This document shows, piece by piece, positions 62,691 through 63,089 of a stretch of DNA of 63,089 nucleotides (the stretch's first letter is position 1; every line of letters begins with the position of its first letter). Below the pieces are notes generated by a model. It was not told where the DNA came from. It made no database searches and saw only the letters and a program-made list of their open reading frames with translations. This DNA comes from Nemertoderma westbladi (Eukaryota > Animalia > Xenacoelomorpha): positions 1 through 63,089 of the forward strand of contig JAUCBJ010002818.1 in NCBI GenBank assembly GCA_032718475.1, written 5' to 3'. A program made the translations under genes and the position numbers.

Positions 62691-63089
62691 GCGAGATAAT
62701 GATTGCCCAATGTTATTCAATGGTAGACAGAGTGGCGCCATTGAATAACGAAGACAAAGGGGCCGCGAGAGGAAAGATTATAAAGTTAACGATAAGGGAT
62801 CTATAAACCATAGAGCTAAAAATAGACATTATGTCATAGTGATCTCATTGGTAATATAAAAACTAATTAATCTAAAATTAAAAATCAATGTATAAAGTAA
62901 AAGTAATATATACAATTAATTAATTTAAAATAAAGTACAAATGAATAAATAAAGTCAAATAGAATACAAATAATTAATTAAAATTAAATATAAATAAATA
63001 GTTAAATTGAAAATAACAAAGTTAGAGAAGATGTTAATTTTCAGATAATACGCCCTCTAGCGGCAGACTATGGAACTGCAGGCGGTTGG

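Larger units (their letters stand above)
59591..63089. mobile_element. AGTAGT-ended long-TIR element (mini Polinton/Maverick-like), right end beyond the window
   Basis: Begins AGTAGTAG exactly where the RTE fragment breaks off. 60225-60477 is the reverse complement of 62837-63089, and the match runs to the window edge. Confidence 0.6.

Overview
AT-rich, intron-containing animal genomic DNA, not prokaryotic; no CRISPR, rRNA or canonical tRNA was found. The one clear host gene is a GLIS1/GLIS3-type five-finger C2H2 transcription factor (- strand, ~3965-12500). Its largest exon is split by a very recent 5'-truncated RTE retrotransposon with a perfect 277-bp target duplication, and one of its splice donors has been amplified into a 13-copy minisatellite. 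Most of the rest is nested mobile DNA. It includes a BEL/Pao gag whose upstream region holds six covarying K-turn/UUCG hairpins, and a 24-kb palindromic element with Polinton/Maverick-type AGTAGT ends and a 6-bp TSD. One arm of that element has taken up nine same-orientation non-autonomous Helitrons within about 0.5 kb of host sequence. There are also Gypsy, BEL and CR1/L2 remnants, a TTAA-target MITE, satellites, and an intronless WD40-CARD gene. At the right edge is a ~4-kb AGTAGT-ended long-TIR element carrying one orphan ORF and a Pol III-type small RNA cassette. All calls come from reading the sequence by eye; no searches were run.
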